DNA of 64,000 nucleotides from Psilocybe cubensis (lineage: Eukaryota). The stretch's first letter is position 1. Each line of letters begins with the position of its first letter. The DNA is taken from assembly GCA_017499595.2 (NCBI GenBank), contig CM039009.1:1860001-1924000 (forward strand), read 5' to 3'. The translations under genes and the position numbers were made by a program. Under the pieces are notes generated by a model. That model made no database searches. It was not told where the DNA came from and saw nothing but the letters and a program-made list of their open reading frames with translations. This document shows, piece after piece, positions 23,389-36,357 of the stretch.

Positions 23389-24924
23389 TGCAGAGTAGTA
23401 AACTGGACCAATTGGGGTTTACAGTGGAGCAATGTATCCCACTCTTTTAAATATTAACCCTCCGTGTTCAGTATGAAATTGATTTGCTTTGCATAGCCTC
23501 CGCCCATCGATCTCCGAACTCTTTCAATTTTCAGCCAGATCTACGCGGAACTATCGTACATCCATTGGGATATATTTATTTTCACATCGCCAGATACCAC
23601 AGACCTACTATCCTACATATAACAATCATTCACTTCGCTCAGTATGAGGAATACTGAATTTTAATGTTCCTAACAATCGGTTAGCGTCAGCATGTTAAAC
23701 TCTTCACAATTCTGATTGGGATACTTCAGCAGCAACCTGTGAATTGATTCGGAGCAAAGGGAGGGTGCGCAACCGCGGCGTTGACAATTAGGGACACTGA
23801 TGGCGATGAGATGTGAGATTGAGGGCTTGTTAGTTTGAAGAATTGGGTGGGTATAGACACACAATGTAGCTACTTTACCAGATATACGGTAACAAACGAA
23901 TGAAGAAATATCCAACCAGACGGGAAATGCGAGACCATCAACTACAAGGCGCATCACAGTCATGGGACACACAAGTAACCGCAGCACTACTCGAACACCC
24001 ACGCCGCAATACTGAACATTGAAAAATCCACTGTTCCACTGTGAAATATGGAAAGTAAAATCATCTCCTCACTTCAAATCATAGATAGCATGGTCTAAAG
24101 CGGATCATAGGACTGCGGATAAGAAGAGTAAAATCCCAGGGGCACTGATTTTATGCAGTGGCAGCGGTGCAGGCTATTACAGTGGCGGAAGTTAAGTAAG
24201 TTGCTTTCCCTGAAATACTGTAGAGTCATTGACGATGAAACAAACCTGATCTCTTCGTGTGGGCGTAATTAACACACAGCCTCGACAAATATCATTCCCA
24301 GAGTGTACATAGTTGTTTGCGGTTCACCCAAAACTGCTATGAACTGAGCACTTGGCAGTCGATTTCACTCATATACCTATTGTTCCTATGTTTGATAAAG
24401 CGTTGGCGAGTCAGTAAGGTACGTTCGTTCCAGATTCAGATAGTAAAGTGTGTGGTCCCCTCATCGGGATCCGAAACAGAGAAACTTGCGGGTGCCACTG
24501 ATTGCAAACCTGAGACTCTCAGATGGTACCTCTATTCATGATCTTTGGACAACGGATCTCTACTTATCTGTAATACTCGACAACACATATCTTTTACTGC
24601 ATTTGAACATGGTGTACGCATTGTGGCGATCACACACATGTGGCTTTGATGGCATCACATTGTACCTTAATCGTCCAATCCTGGAGGTACACAGGGACCT
24701 GCTAAGCATTTCCTTTGTTCCATAATAGCGCACCCGTATCCGGTCACATTTTGGACCTAGAGGCGCACCTATACGCAATTATAAACGCTGAATATCTCCA
24801 TTTGTCGCAGATTACATCTTTTCTATATAGTCGAGCGCCTCGAGAGTGTCCTGTATCGCGTTTCATTGTATTCAATCCTATTCCTTCATCTACTTCTCTT
24901 TGCTAACACCTTTGAATCATCCTA

Positions 24925-26752
24925 ATGTCTACACCAAACACTGACACGTATTTTACGTCCACCCTGCGCATGGTGGATGAGACTCGGAGTCCAATCTACA
25001 CGCCTCCTTCAACTCCGACGCTTGAAATAACATCTAATGTGCGCTCTACGCATCCGCTCAAAACGTTTTAAAACTTACCTTGTCTTCTTGCGACATAGAT
25101 ACGCCCATCTGACGACGTGGCCGTAAGAGTAAGCGAATTATTTCTTTTCCAGAAGCATTGGACGTTGATATTTAATCACAGGATGGGATTCTTGCGCTGA
25201 TGACACATCATGATGTCAGTATCATATACTAGACGTTCTTAACACTTTCCTGATACAATTTCGATACCAGACACCCGAAAGTAAATCGACGGTCAGGATC
25301 ATTCGATCTGCGTCTCAAAAGCTCGAGGGACAGGTTAGTATCTTATCCAGTCTCCGTGGTGACATTGATAGGTTGATCGCTGGCATCAGGAATCAGCTCT
25401 CAGCCCAATCATTGATAAGGTAAGCTTACTTGAAAACATGAACTACAAAACAATATATTAAATTAGAATCAGGAAAGCGAAAGGGCCCCAGTTCCCTGCT
25501 CTGCACAGAATATTCAGCAGCAGCATCGTGTAGCTGGACATACCGCCGTTCCGGGAGACACTGTAATCAGTGCCGCGCAAGTCGGAGATTCTGCGGAGAT
25601 GTATGCGTTGAGATACGCGTATGAAAACCGTCTTCACGCTGTCAGCCTTGACCTCCACCAAACAAGAGGAGAGTTGGAGGATGTGAGGATGATGCTTGCT
25701 TCTTCTATGCTTGATTATGACAAGATGGTCACCGAATACCACGAGGTAACGCAAGCATCAATCCTAGAGCGCCAACAGACCGAGGCCCTACTCGAACAAG
25801 CAAAGGTTGAGCTGACTACAATTAAAGAAGCTTATCGGCAGGGGGTGGAGCATGCATTTGCGGAACACTGGAGGTCCGAAGCGAAGATTCATAGCTTGGC
25901 AGTTGAGGTTGAAGAGGCAAGGAGGTTCATCGCGGAGCAAGCTAAGATCCAACATGGACTTGACATGCGCTTAAAGTCCGAGACTGTCTCTAGAGAGCAG
26001 ACGGACAAGAATATCGACACAATGCGAAGATGCATGGAAGGTAAGCTAAATGTTTGTCACGGTGACGCAACCTTAACTTGTCGTGCTTTAAGATATCCTT
26101 GCTCAAGAAACACAACGGTTCTTAGAAGAACGTGCGACGGCGGCGACGGTCGGAGCCGTGATCGAGGAACTCAGTACCCAGCTTGATCATGGGAATTTTG
26201 GTAAAGCAGAAGAGCATCACTTCGAGGTCAAGGCTCAAGGAACAGAACCACCGCAAGGGGCGGCCGTGCACTCGCAAAATGGCTATCATACGGTGTTCCT
26301 CACACTTCGCAATCTCATTTTCCATCTTCAAGAACTTTGCACGCATATGAGAGGAAAGGGTTTAATCATTGACTTCTTAGGTTCATTGATTTCTACCTTG
26401 AGGACACGAAACGTGGACGGCGCAGGGAACCTGGTACGAGTATACCACCATTTTTTATTCATATCAATGGACTCATATCATAATTCTCAGGCCGATATGA
26501 GTGGTGTACAAACTGCGAGCGTACGATTGTCTGACACGACTCTGTACAACCGCCGTGAGACCCTCTCAAAGGCGCAGCAGGAGAGAAACGATGAACTGGC
26601 CCAACACAGATTGACGATTAAGGTGAAAAACTTTTAAACTTTCCTGACATTTATATCTTTGTCTAATCTTCTTCCGACAGTTGCCGTGCGCCGGGTTAAA
26701 GTCAATAACTAAACCATCCAGCATCTCGGTCAAAGGAGATGAGTTAAAGTGA
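24925..26752 (+). CDS. Multi-exon coiled-coil hypothetical protein (family A, copy 1)
   Basis: Starts MSTPNTDTYFTST…, then micro-exons, a coiled-coil exon (ORF 25599-26040, MMLASSMLDY…RSEAK…REQTD) and later exons to TGA at 26750-26752. Exact splicing is partly uncertain. Confidence 0.6.
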
Positions 26753-27090
26753 GATGTGTATTCTCTCTCTTTCCCAGGTTCAGTGGGCCTTTCTCGTCAT
26801 ATGTTATACTGTATATGTAGTTATTGGTGTGCAACACCTCGTGGTTTGAGAAGTTGTATACACCATTTTTTAAAGAGCAATTTCATGATGTTATACCCCC
26901 TACGCGCTGCAGCCCTATGGTGCCGCACATGGATATGGGCCATGATAGTCACCTGAATAGGGGTAAATGTGCCTAATTAATCGTGCGAGTTAGCCAAATT
27001 CAATGTTTGTTAAAACTGCCACAGCTACGTACTAGTTGAAGCGACAAGCCTCCTTCCTTTGTTCTGAGAGTGGCGATCGTCTCGCTGTCA

Positions 27091-27551
27091 CGGTGGATGT
27101 TTATGGCGTGAGATTTGTACATTTATGAGCGAGCCGCGCAATCATGCTGGCGCAATATTTTTGAGTAATTTGCATTTGTTTACCGCGCATTTGTTGCGAG
27201 GCTCACAATTCGACTCAGAGAGCTTAGCATATCTCCAGCGAGCCATAATATTTATTGAGCGAGCTCTTTAAAAGCCATCTTCAAAGGTGTACTTCCTTCG
27301 TGTCATTCATGCTATTTCACTCTACTGCACATAATTCTGTCTTTTGTCCGAGTTTCTGGAAGATATCCTTGTAGAATTTCTGTACATGGCATTCATTGCC
27401 GTATTGACGACTCACTTGTTTACTACCACTCAGATCATACTATTGATTCTTTGAGGCGAATGGCGAGCCGCGCAACAAATGCGTGGGAAACGACGGCAAG
27501 TATTGCGCATGATTGCGCAATGTACAAGTCTCACCCAGGGGGCATCCACCG
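27091..27551. mobile_element. Degenerate fold-back/MITE-like element
   Basis: 27091-27220 and 27449-27551 are imperfect inverted repeats with shared blocks cggtggatg, gtgaga.ttgtacatt, gcgcaatcatgc and cgcatttgttgcg.ggctc.c.attcg.ctca. The spacer is non-coding. Confidence 0.6.
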
Positions 27552-29281
27552 GAGCTTACCGAGAAAACAAAACAACCCCTCCCTTGAGGTCAAGGGAGTG
27601 GCTGTGTTGCCGGGGCGGCAAACGCTGATGGTCACACTAATGTCACCATTACTGATCTGTGTGGAGACGTCTCAAAAGAGGGGAAGGACCTAGTGTAGAC
27701 ATATCTAACACAGCTTGACATATTCTGGATACTAAACTATGTCGTATTTCTTAAGCATCCTCAACAACCAGTACTAATGTCTTTGGGTCTCACCCCATAG
27801 GATGTTTGGCAACACAGCCACTTCCCACACTCATATCCCATCCTCCTAACGCATTGCATACCCACACCTGCACACAAAGCGAATGGGTACTTGTTTTTCT
27901 CATACTCCAACTGTAATTTTTAGCAAGGTAAACTGGAGACCGGAGACAAGATCATGGTGATAAGGGACATGTGCATATGGGATGTGTGTTATCAAGGTGC
28001 GTCGGTATTGTCACATACGTTGGGCTCGATCGTCCTACCGTCGTGCGCATACACGCTCGCCCTCCTTCAGATTATTTTTATGATGGTATGGACACGACAT
28101 GGGACGGATCTACGGTCAGTAAAACTCACGAGTACATCCGACAGGGTTTGAGAAGGTGGTTGGATGCCTGGGTGGGTTGTGGCGAGCTGTTGTCGTTATG
28201 GAGGTCTGCGCAATCACGATTTCGTACTCAGAGGCTGCCACATAACGCTGGTCATTCTATTGCCGCCTATTTACCTATGCCTATGCATACACTTATATCC
28301 ACACCCTTTGTGACTCCACGCACACCGACGACAGCTCCAACACGCGGGGACGTAGACCATTGCGTGCCTCCCAGCTCAACTCATAAACAGGCTTTTTCCA
28401 CCAAGAATTCCAGCTCTGCACGTCTTTATATCTTCCCCGCGTCGTCGTCGATCCAGCGCTGATATCTTGAACGCACCTCCTCTCCCTCACCCGACGCCCT
28501 CCCGCAACGTTAGTACCAACAATAGCATCAAACGCACACAGTACGTCAGCGAAAATGACACGTGCGCCTATCATTCTTCGTGTGCTTGGGCACCTTTACC
28601 ATACAGTCAGTAGAGAATGAGAAGGACAAAGAGAATACGCGCGCTGGGTCCGTCAATTCATGGGCGTGACGTCGAGCTCGAATACGAGTCCGAGTTTTAC
28701 ACCGGCAGCTCTTCGTGGTGTTTCGGTCTGTTTCAATGATAGCAACAAGTGATAGGCTCTGACTCGGCTCTAGTAAATGATATCAAACCCCCGCTCCTAT
28801 TGCTTCGGTCTCTTTTCGTTCGTTGAAGACGAGGATATCATTGCTAACCCGGACGACGATCAGATTTTCATTTCCACTCCGATCTTAGCGGTCGAGGGGT
28901 CCCGAAATTTAGGTGCAGGATGCGCTGCTTGTAATTTACTTGGACAAGGTTTCTGCGCATGCAGGTTGTACATGAGACATAGCTCGAACCGAGGGCAGTC
29001 GCTGGAAGAGGCCCAGATCGCTTAGGAGGACGAGGAGGATCGGAGGATGATGGAGGAAATCCGTAATATCATTCCAGCCCATATGGAAACCATGCGCCTA
29101 CACCTATTTTGTTGGGTTGTTGTGCGTACGTCCTCAAACTTGATTTTCTTTTCGTACCGGGATTTGTAGTTGGTCTAGGACTGAGTCATTTAATCAAGTT
29201 TTATTTCCTTTGGCATAGGTTTAGATTGTACTGCTACAAGTCTGCGCTGCATAATGTGTATTTGTGTATAGTATATTCTAG

Positions 29282-30633
29282 TTAAGTTTGAGGTGAAACT
29301 GTTACTGTAAGCTTTCCACGATTTTCGAGAGAGGGAAGTACCAATTTTATCGCCGTCTCTATCTCGAGTTGTTGGTCGTAAACACTGAGATACTCCGCAG
29401 AGCCTGGATACCGCGCCAAGAGGTCTATGCCGTCTAAAAGAGGAAACCTATCCATGTTCAAGAGGTTGTCCAGCACTGACCATGCCTCAACCGGGCCAGC
29501 GGAGACGTCCTGTGCGGAGAAGAATATATGGTCCAAAATCAGTGTAAAACGTTGAAGGTTTCCCGGCCACGCTCGAAGAATCGTGTTCACGTGCCGCAGG
29601 TACAACCTGATCGGTAATGGCGCGATTGACTTTCGACCATCCGTGGGTCCGTAGCGCAAAGTTAAGTGGTTGATTTTTTTTAGCTTCGACGAATATATCA
29701 GTGTTGGTGTCAAAAAAAGTTGAAAAATATCTGTAGAACCGATATCATGAACGCGAAGAGCTTGACAGGATACGAAAATAACGTACCATTTGAATCAAAT
29801 ACGATGTACAAACTCTTTATCGACGGGAAATGTTTTACCAAAGAGTTGCATTCCTTGTTAATATCCCGAAATGTCCAAGAAGTCTGATCAATCCGTAGAT
29901 ACATCATCTCGAGGCAAGGTCCTTGAACGTTGATGCTTTCTTGAGATGCTGGATAGAGATTGCAAACAACCGGAATACTGGAGGCTTCAATCATCTGGAG
30001 ACGTGGAAGTGAGAAACTGATGTTCGAAACCACAGTGCTTGCAGATCTGGATAAACCACAGTTAATAACCGTCAAATTTGATATCGACGTATTTTTTAAG
30101 ATGTCCCTGGGGAGATCTCGCACGTTGCAGAACCGAAGCGCTACCAATGTAGGAGATTGAATGGTATGGAGCAAGGATTGCAGAACACGAGAGGGCAAAG
30201 AAGAGAATGCCAGACCGTGAAACTCGAAGGTATGCACCCGAGCTTCTGAATGACGGAGGGAACCCAAAATAAATTCTATGCCTTGAATGCTTTCTTCACA
30301 TAGAGTGGTTGCTGGAATGCCATAGAATGAAGTTGCTGGCGAAAACATTTGGAAACTTTGAATGTGGCTGAGTATGCCGAGTTTCACGTCTGGGAGATCA
30401 ATAAGACTTCGAAGGTGTTTAATTCTTGAGAGAAACATCTCTTCATTGTCCCCCGAAAGGCGAACAGTTCTGAAAAGGTGCTGCTTCGCGCTCCACCTGA
30501 AGCTAGGCGAGACTTTGAGGCATGTGCGCAACGTTTCCGCGCATTCCGGCTTGAGGACGAACTGGTCGCTATAAGCGGCGATGGCGTCAATAATACAAGT
30601 TTGGATCTCGGGAGGGACCTTTTCTTCAGACAT
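29282..30633 (-). CDS. F-box-like/LRR-like protein, 2 exons (intron 29731-29786)
   Basis: N-terminus VPPEIQTCIIDAI…TLRTCLKVSPSFRWSAKQHLFRTVRL is typical of expanded Agaricomycete F-box-like genes, followed by LxxLxL-type repeats. The intron joins the two ORFs in frame. Confidence 0.75.
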
Positions 30634-31180
30634 GGGCGTTTGACTCCATGTAAAGCATTATTTCCACATATAAGTAGTAGGTATGGCTTCTGTACATCTT
30701 GGCCTAACGTCCTGTCGACGATTTCATTATTCAAGAAGTAATTCAAGAAGTAAAAATGTTGTTGAACTGCAGCACTACAATTGCAAGGAACGTCAAATTT
30801 CGGATTATAAGCACTTGACCAGTCAATAGACATACGGTATGCCTGGTATGCCAAATTTGGCGCGCTTAGTTGGAACCGAATCATCAAAACCGTAAAGGTA
30901 CATCTGAGATCTGAGATTTGGTCTAACATCATACAGTTTACGATGTGTCATATGCACATCTCAGCAGGTACGGTGAATCTTGATATGCGTTTTCTACATC
31001 ATGGCATCTGTATTCCGCCCTGTACATATCTAAAGATCTGCGATTCATGAGCTTGCAGGATGTAGGTATAAGTAAAGCGCGCGACTTTGTCTGATAGATG
31101 CTGTCGCCTTCGAGTTCGCCTCTGTGTTTTTTTACTAATTTCATCCACTTTCCGGGTCGTTTCTCGCATACGTTTTTGAA

Positions 31181-31765
31181 ATGCGTCTCTCCACATTTCT
31201 GGCCTTGGTATATGTAACTGTCGGTGCAAACTCCATCGTGCAGAGGGACGGCTATCCCCGTGAGTCCCTATCTCCTCACCTTATTTGTTCATTGCTAACA
31301 CATACAAATATCATATGGGATGCTTCAATTTTGATGCACCAGCATGCTCCATTCCTTGCGTGACCAATGCCGACGTCGGAAAATGTATAACTATGACCGA
31401 TACACATTGTCTTTGTACAGACCCTACTTTCGTGAACAACACGACTCTGTGTATTTACCAGGCCTGTTCCGGTCAGAGCCTTGAAGATGCGCTCGCGTTC
31501 TCGCGCAGTCTGTGCCTCAAAGTCGTACGTGTTACTCTTAATATTTTTTGGTTTTTGCGCTGACTGAGACACTGTCGTCTTGTCTTTGCAGGGCGTTACT
31601 CTTACCTCGTCAGTGACCAACCCAACAAGCACACCCTCTTCATCCATATCGAGCGCAATTTTATCCAGCTCTGCTGCAGCAACTTTTCACAGTGCAACCT
31701 CCAACACCATTATCAGCGCCACCCTCGCTGCTGGCCTCACAGTTCTACTTATCTTAGTTCAATGA
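31181..31765 (+). CDS. Secreted, probably GPI-anchored CFEM-domain protein; exons 31181-31259, 31343-31524, 31592-31765
   Basis: Signal peptide MRLSTFLALVYVTVGA, eight-Cys CFEM pattern PPCSIPC…KC…DTHCLC…LC…AC…LC, S/T-rich stalk and hydrophobic C-terminal tail. Confidence 0.9.
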
Positions 31766-32850
31766 TTCCATGGTTATCAATGACGTCTCGATTTTTTCCT
31801 TCAAGGTTACGTAGCTAGATTGTACGTATGTACACGGGCTTGGGCTCCGAACTCTCTAATATAACTCTATATGGATAAAATGTTGCAATCAAAATCTCAC
31901 AAACAAAGCGATTAGGTTAGCATCATTTTGTTAATCAGCAAAACGTTTGCGAATAGAGGCTAGCTATAAACTACCATCAAACAAAGCACGTTGTGGAGGA
32001 ATGTTGTAAATTAGCGACGCCAAACAACCCCAACTGACTCCACAGATTGTTGGCACCGGCGCGCTGCTTTCACTTTGTTGATGTATTCTTTCAAGGGAGG
32101 GAAGTCGAAGGAAGAAGGAAGTGTGTATATATTTAAATATTGCTTGTTATTTACTGTGCAACTATGTAATATGTTCAGACTCAAATTTCAAGTCAGTCAG
32201 ACATTTCTCAGGATTAAAATGAATATCTAAATATGTCTAGCTCATGGTCAGTCAGCCGTTCTACTGCCAAGAATGATGTTTCCTAATAAGCGACTTATAA
32301 GTGTGTCACAATCACTGATGTTCGATTAAGAAAATGAAGTGCCATGGGGGCGTATCTAGATCCAGGTACCCTCGAATACAACAGTTGAAAATCTTGTTAA
32401 TTAGGGCGAATCGTTAGGTTTATATCACACTCTGAAATGTACCTGGAAAAGCCGATCGACTGCTCGGGGAAGAGGCACAACTAAAGCTGACGACGACTCA
32501 CTCTATCGAAGTAAGTGACCGCAGAAACAAGATTTAATAATTGACCAAACAACCAACCTTGTTCCAAAACCGTCCACGTACCTGTGAAATTGCCACTCGG
32601 CACTGTGACGCGACTTCTAACTTGAAGCCTTTCAAGAGCATACAATGCCTTCCATTCAGAGCATACGCAATTCACGCAAATCAACGGGGTATCACTATGA
32701 ATCGCTTTGACCAGACGCTTTTTCCATCTATGGAAATTCGTCATCTAAATATAAAATCGAGCTAGGCGCCTCCTCACCGAACCTCACCCAACCATACTCG
32801 ATTTTTATTCGCGTGATAGAAAACTCCTGTTATCTGCCTTCTGCCTCAAT

Positions 32851-34207
32851 ATGTCACACAGCGTCAATCGAAATCCTCTTTCGACGTCTTACGGCGCAGA
32901 TTTCTCCCCCTCACAGTCTCCAAAGTTGTTAGGACCGCAGACACGCGTTAAGTCCGTTTTGTGTTAAAATACGTTAAATTCTGACGCGTTAAATACAGTT
33001 ACGTCGTTCTAAGCGCGCAAAGGCGAGTAAATGCTGTTTGTCTGCGCCATTATATCTTTCTGATTTAACCACTATAGAGTTACAGACCCAATAAAAGATT
33101 GGAGGACAGGGACGCGTCTCAGATGCACCGGACCCAGTCTGCGGCCACATATCTTGTTGGTCAATCTGTTGAGAAACAAGTAAGTTTCCCTGGTCCGTGT
33201 ATTCCCAAGATATGTGTTGATATCTGACTCGTTATATTTGTGGCGGCTGTTTGATTGCAGAACGACAGTCGGATGTTACTTGACCACCAAGTGCCCGATA
33301 GTGTACAGTCAGTATCGCATAAGCAGGCGGACCTAATCCCGGAGACAGAGGTAAGAAAATTCTCTGCCTTCCTCTGTGTTCTCACTGTTGACGTGTTTAG
33401 TCCCAGATTAATGAATTAAACCAACTACATGTCAGTTGTCGAGACATGCATAATGGGCCGTGTGCTGGCCTTCAAGACATAAGACGCGACTACGAGAAGC
33501 ATATTAATGCTATTAATCATTACCGTGAAATTGAGAGAAAGGAATTGAACGAGACAAAGATGATGCTCACTTCTTCCATGCTAGACTATGCAACACTGCT
33601 CTCCGAATTCCAACAGGCGCAAGATGCATCAGACTCCCAGAATCAATACTTTCAAACAATTATCCATAAATTGTCGACTGAGCTAGATGCGACAAAGGCT
33701 ACCTATTGGAAAGACGTCCAGTCTATTCTTCTTGATTACCAAAGGTCCGAGGCAAAGCTTCGTATAATGCACGACGAGGCGATTGCAGCGCAGAGGACCC
33801 TTGAAGAGCGGACTAAAACCCTAAATGAGCTGGAAATTCTCTTGGAATATGAGGGAGCAGCTCGTGAGCAGCTCGACGAAGACCTTGCTTATGCACAAAA
33901 TGCTCTGGCCAGTGAGTGTGAGGTTACTGCTCAGACTCCGGCTAACCAAGGCTGTATTTCAGGCGCCCTTGCTCGCGAATTGCGCCAGTCCGAAGCCCAA
34001 CAATCTAGAGAACGATTAGTCGAGGATTTTATTACAAGGCTAATCGCCCAGATTTCCGATGCTACGCACGTTGATCAATGTGACATCTCGTCGCACCAAA
34101 CCCCCGAGGCAATCGATGTTCTAGCAAGGTATCGTACGTTGGCGGCAATTATTGGAGAATTTTCGACGGTTATTGAAACAAACAAGGGATTGACTACGAT
34201 GATGTAG
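32851..34207 (+). CDS. Multi-exon coiled-coil hypothetical protein (family A, copy 2)
   Basis: ORF 33446-34207 aligns without gaps to 25599-26040 (YE…EL…MMLTSSMLDY…EL…RSEAK…REQLD). Similar 5' architecture, with a first exon followed by a 24-nt micro-exon. Confidence 0.65.
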
Positions 34208-34369
34208 ATTAACATCAGCGGCTCTTATAGAAGTTTGTAACGTTGAAGTGTGTATTGGTTGGAAAAAGAGATAGATTATATTGTACCGGTATTGAACGAT
34301 TCCGACATAATTCTAGATTACAATCCAAGATGAAAGGACTTGCATCTCAAAATTGCGAGCACGAAAGCA

Positions 34370-34843
34370 CAGAACAAAAGTGGATACCCAATCGGCTTGC
34401 TGAGAATGTTTCCGCGATTGAGGACAAAGGTGAGCGCATCCATGAAGGTGTGTAATTTTCTAGTGATTCAGGCGGGTCTGATATTTGCCTTTCCAAGCTC
34501 TTTGTATCGAATGTGTAAAAATTGCGCACGCGCAATGCGCTGGAGTGAAGAGATTACTCTGATTCAAGAAGAAATGAGACATACGCCGGCATTCCTGGAA
34601 TGGCAGGCCGACTGGTGGAAAGGCCATGGACAAAAACTGGATCACGTCGATTCCGTTACTATGGAAGGAATGAGTGCTTATTGCCAACGTCAAGCAGCAC
34701 TGAGATCAGGCTTGCGGGACCGTTTTAAAGAGAATTGGAAAGATGTTGAAACGTGGGTCAATTGGGGAAACGAAAAGGCTACATCGGGTGATCTCGATAC
34801 TGATGATTTACAACCTATTGAACCCAGTAGTTTACTAGACTAA
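34370..34843 (+). pseudogene. C-terminal remnant of a Kyakuja-Dileera-Zisupton (KDZ)-type transposase
   Basis: …IHE|ALCIE(fs)CKNCARAMRWSEEITLIQEEMRHTPAFLEWQADWW…EGMSAYCQRQAALR…F…W resembles the conserved helical tail of Agaricomycete CxC/KDZ transposases. There is a 1-nt frameshift and no catalytic region. Confidence 0.75.
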
Positions 34844-36357
34844 TTTGCATCTGGGCGCCCCCAGTCGACAATGTGTATTCATACCTGTAGTGATAATGTA
34901 AATGCGAACAAAGGTGACCCCAGAAGAGTAATAAGAGCAATGTGATTGTCAAAAGGGAAGCATGAGCAGCCCAGTGTATGCCCAGGCATGAGTATTTCTA
35001 GGCTGCCATTGCGAGAAAGGGTGGGGACATTCAAAAAGAAGAGTAGTGACGCACCCAGAACCCAATATGATACCTTTTCCCAATGCTTGCCTATCTATCC
35101 TCCGAGTTGTCACTCCTTGCGATAGGAATGTGGCTGGTGGATGGCGTCGAAAAAGCGGCAACAGAGAGCACTCGATGAGGGGTGAGAGACAGGTGGCGAC
35201 AAGGGTGCTGACGCGTTGGAACGGGTAGTCACGTCACCACAATCACACGTGGGGGTCCCGCCTTGGCCTTGGCACTAATCCCGCCATTGCCCTAGATTGG
35301 AATGAGTGCATGCGCCGTATAGCGGTCGTTGAGCAGTCGGTAATGTACAATGGCGGGATTTGAAAGCTGAGTTTACGCTGCATATGCAGGTGGATGTCCT
35401 TGTTGAACAGCACACCCTTGAACACAAGCGAATCATCGATGTGTCGCCATTGGAATCCGCCCAACTCGCGCGTACTTCTTTTTGTTGTGTCACCCGACGC
35501 GTAATGCCCGCAGGCAAATTTCTCCATTGTTTCACAAGTTTGGTTCCAACGGAGGGGAATCATCTCGACGCCTGAGGAAGTTGAAAGAGTAATTGAAATG
35601 TTTAATGGTGTGGATGGCAGACGGAGAGGTGGAGGATTATGTCGAGATCATTACAATCACAACTGGATGGATATCGGGAATGAGGAGTGAGAACAAATAC
35701 ACTAAAAATTCATTGGCTGTGTCGGAGGGGTTTTTTGTTGAGAAAAAAAGGAAACTCACCGAAGGGGGCGCTCGACAATGATCTCACGCACAATCAATTT
35801 GCTCTCATTCTTCAGGTTTTCCTGGTTTACTATTATGGCATTGTCAGTGGATGGGTAATAAAAGGAGGAACACGCACAAGATGCCGCCCATGAGGTGGAG
35901 TCGAGCATTTCTCTGGGACTCAGGCATTTCCTCACAACGTCGGGTACTAGTGACATCCCAAATTAACACTGGTATTGTATAACACCCATCATGTTTGCAT
36001 CCAGCTGGCTTCCATTGAAGATGAAGAATGTTGACGCACATTGGCTGGAGTGATCTTCGAGATCTGTGCGTCATCTTTCCCAACAAAGTTCATAGCTGTC
36101 TCGACAAGCACCTCGATACTGCTGCATCAAGTTTTTTCCTTCAAGCTTTCGCTCTGAGATGGTGTGCTTCATTAGTGCCAGATAGTCGGCACGGGGGTAA
36201 GGATTATCGCAAGTCGAAGAAGACGGTGTTGGGTGGCCAGTTTTGTATGTTGCCTAGAGAAGAAAGCTGATAGGCCGAATTACATGATTTCTGGACTCTG
36301 GCTGAACAATCCGTCGGAAGTGCAAGGAAGGATCGGTATATACGAAGTAATAAGAGA

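Noticed and set aside
21516-27695. cactagg at 21516 and cctagtg at 27689 as CACTA termini around module 2
   Set aside because: Only a 7-bp match with no further inverted homology seen; compatible with chance.
31950-32800. Expected third RING gene upstream of the second family-A coiled-coil gene
   Set aside because: No Cys/His RING pattern found on manual reading of the minus strand.
35243-36300. Minus-strand ORF fragments downstream of the low-complexity gene
   Set aside because: No recognisable family and no consistent splice path.
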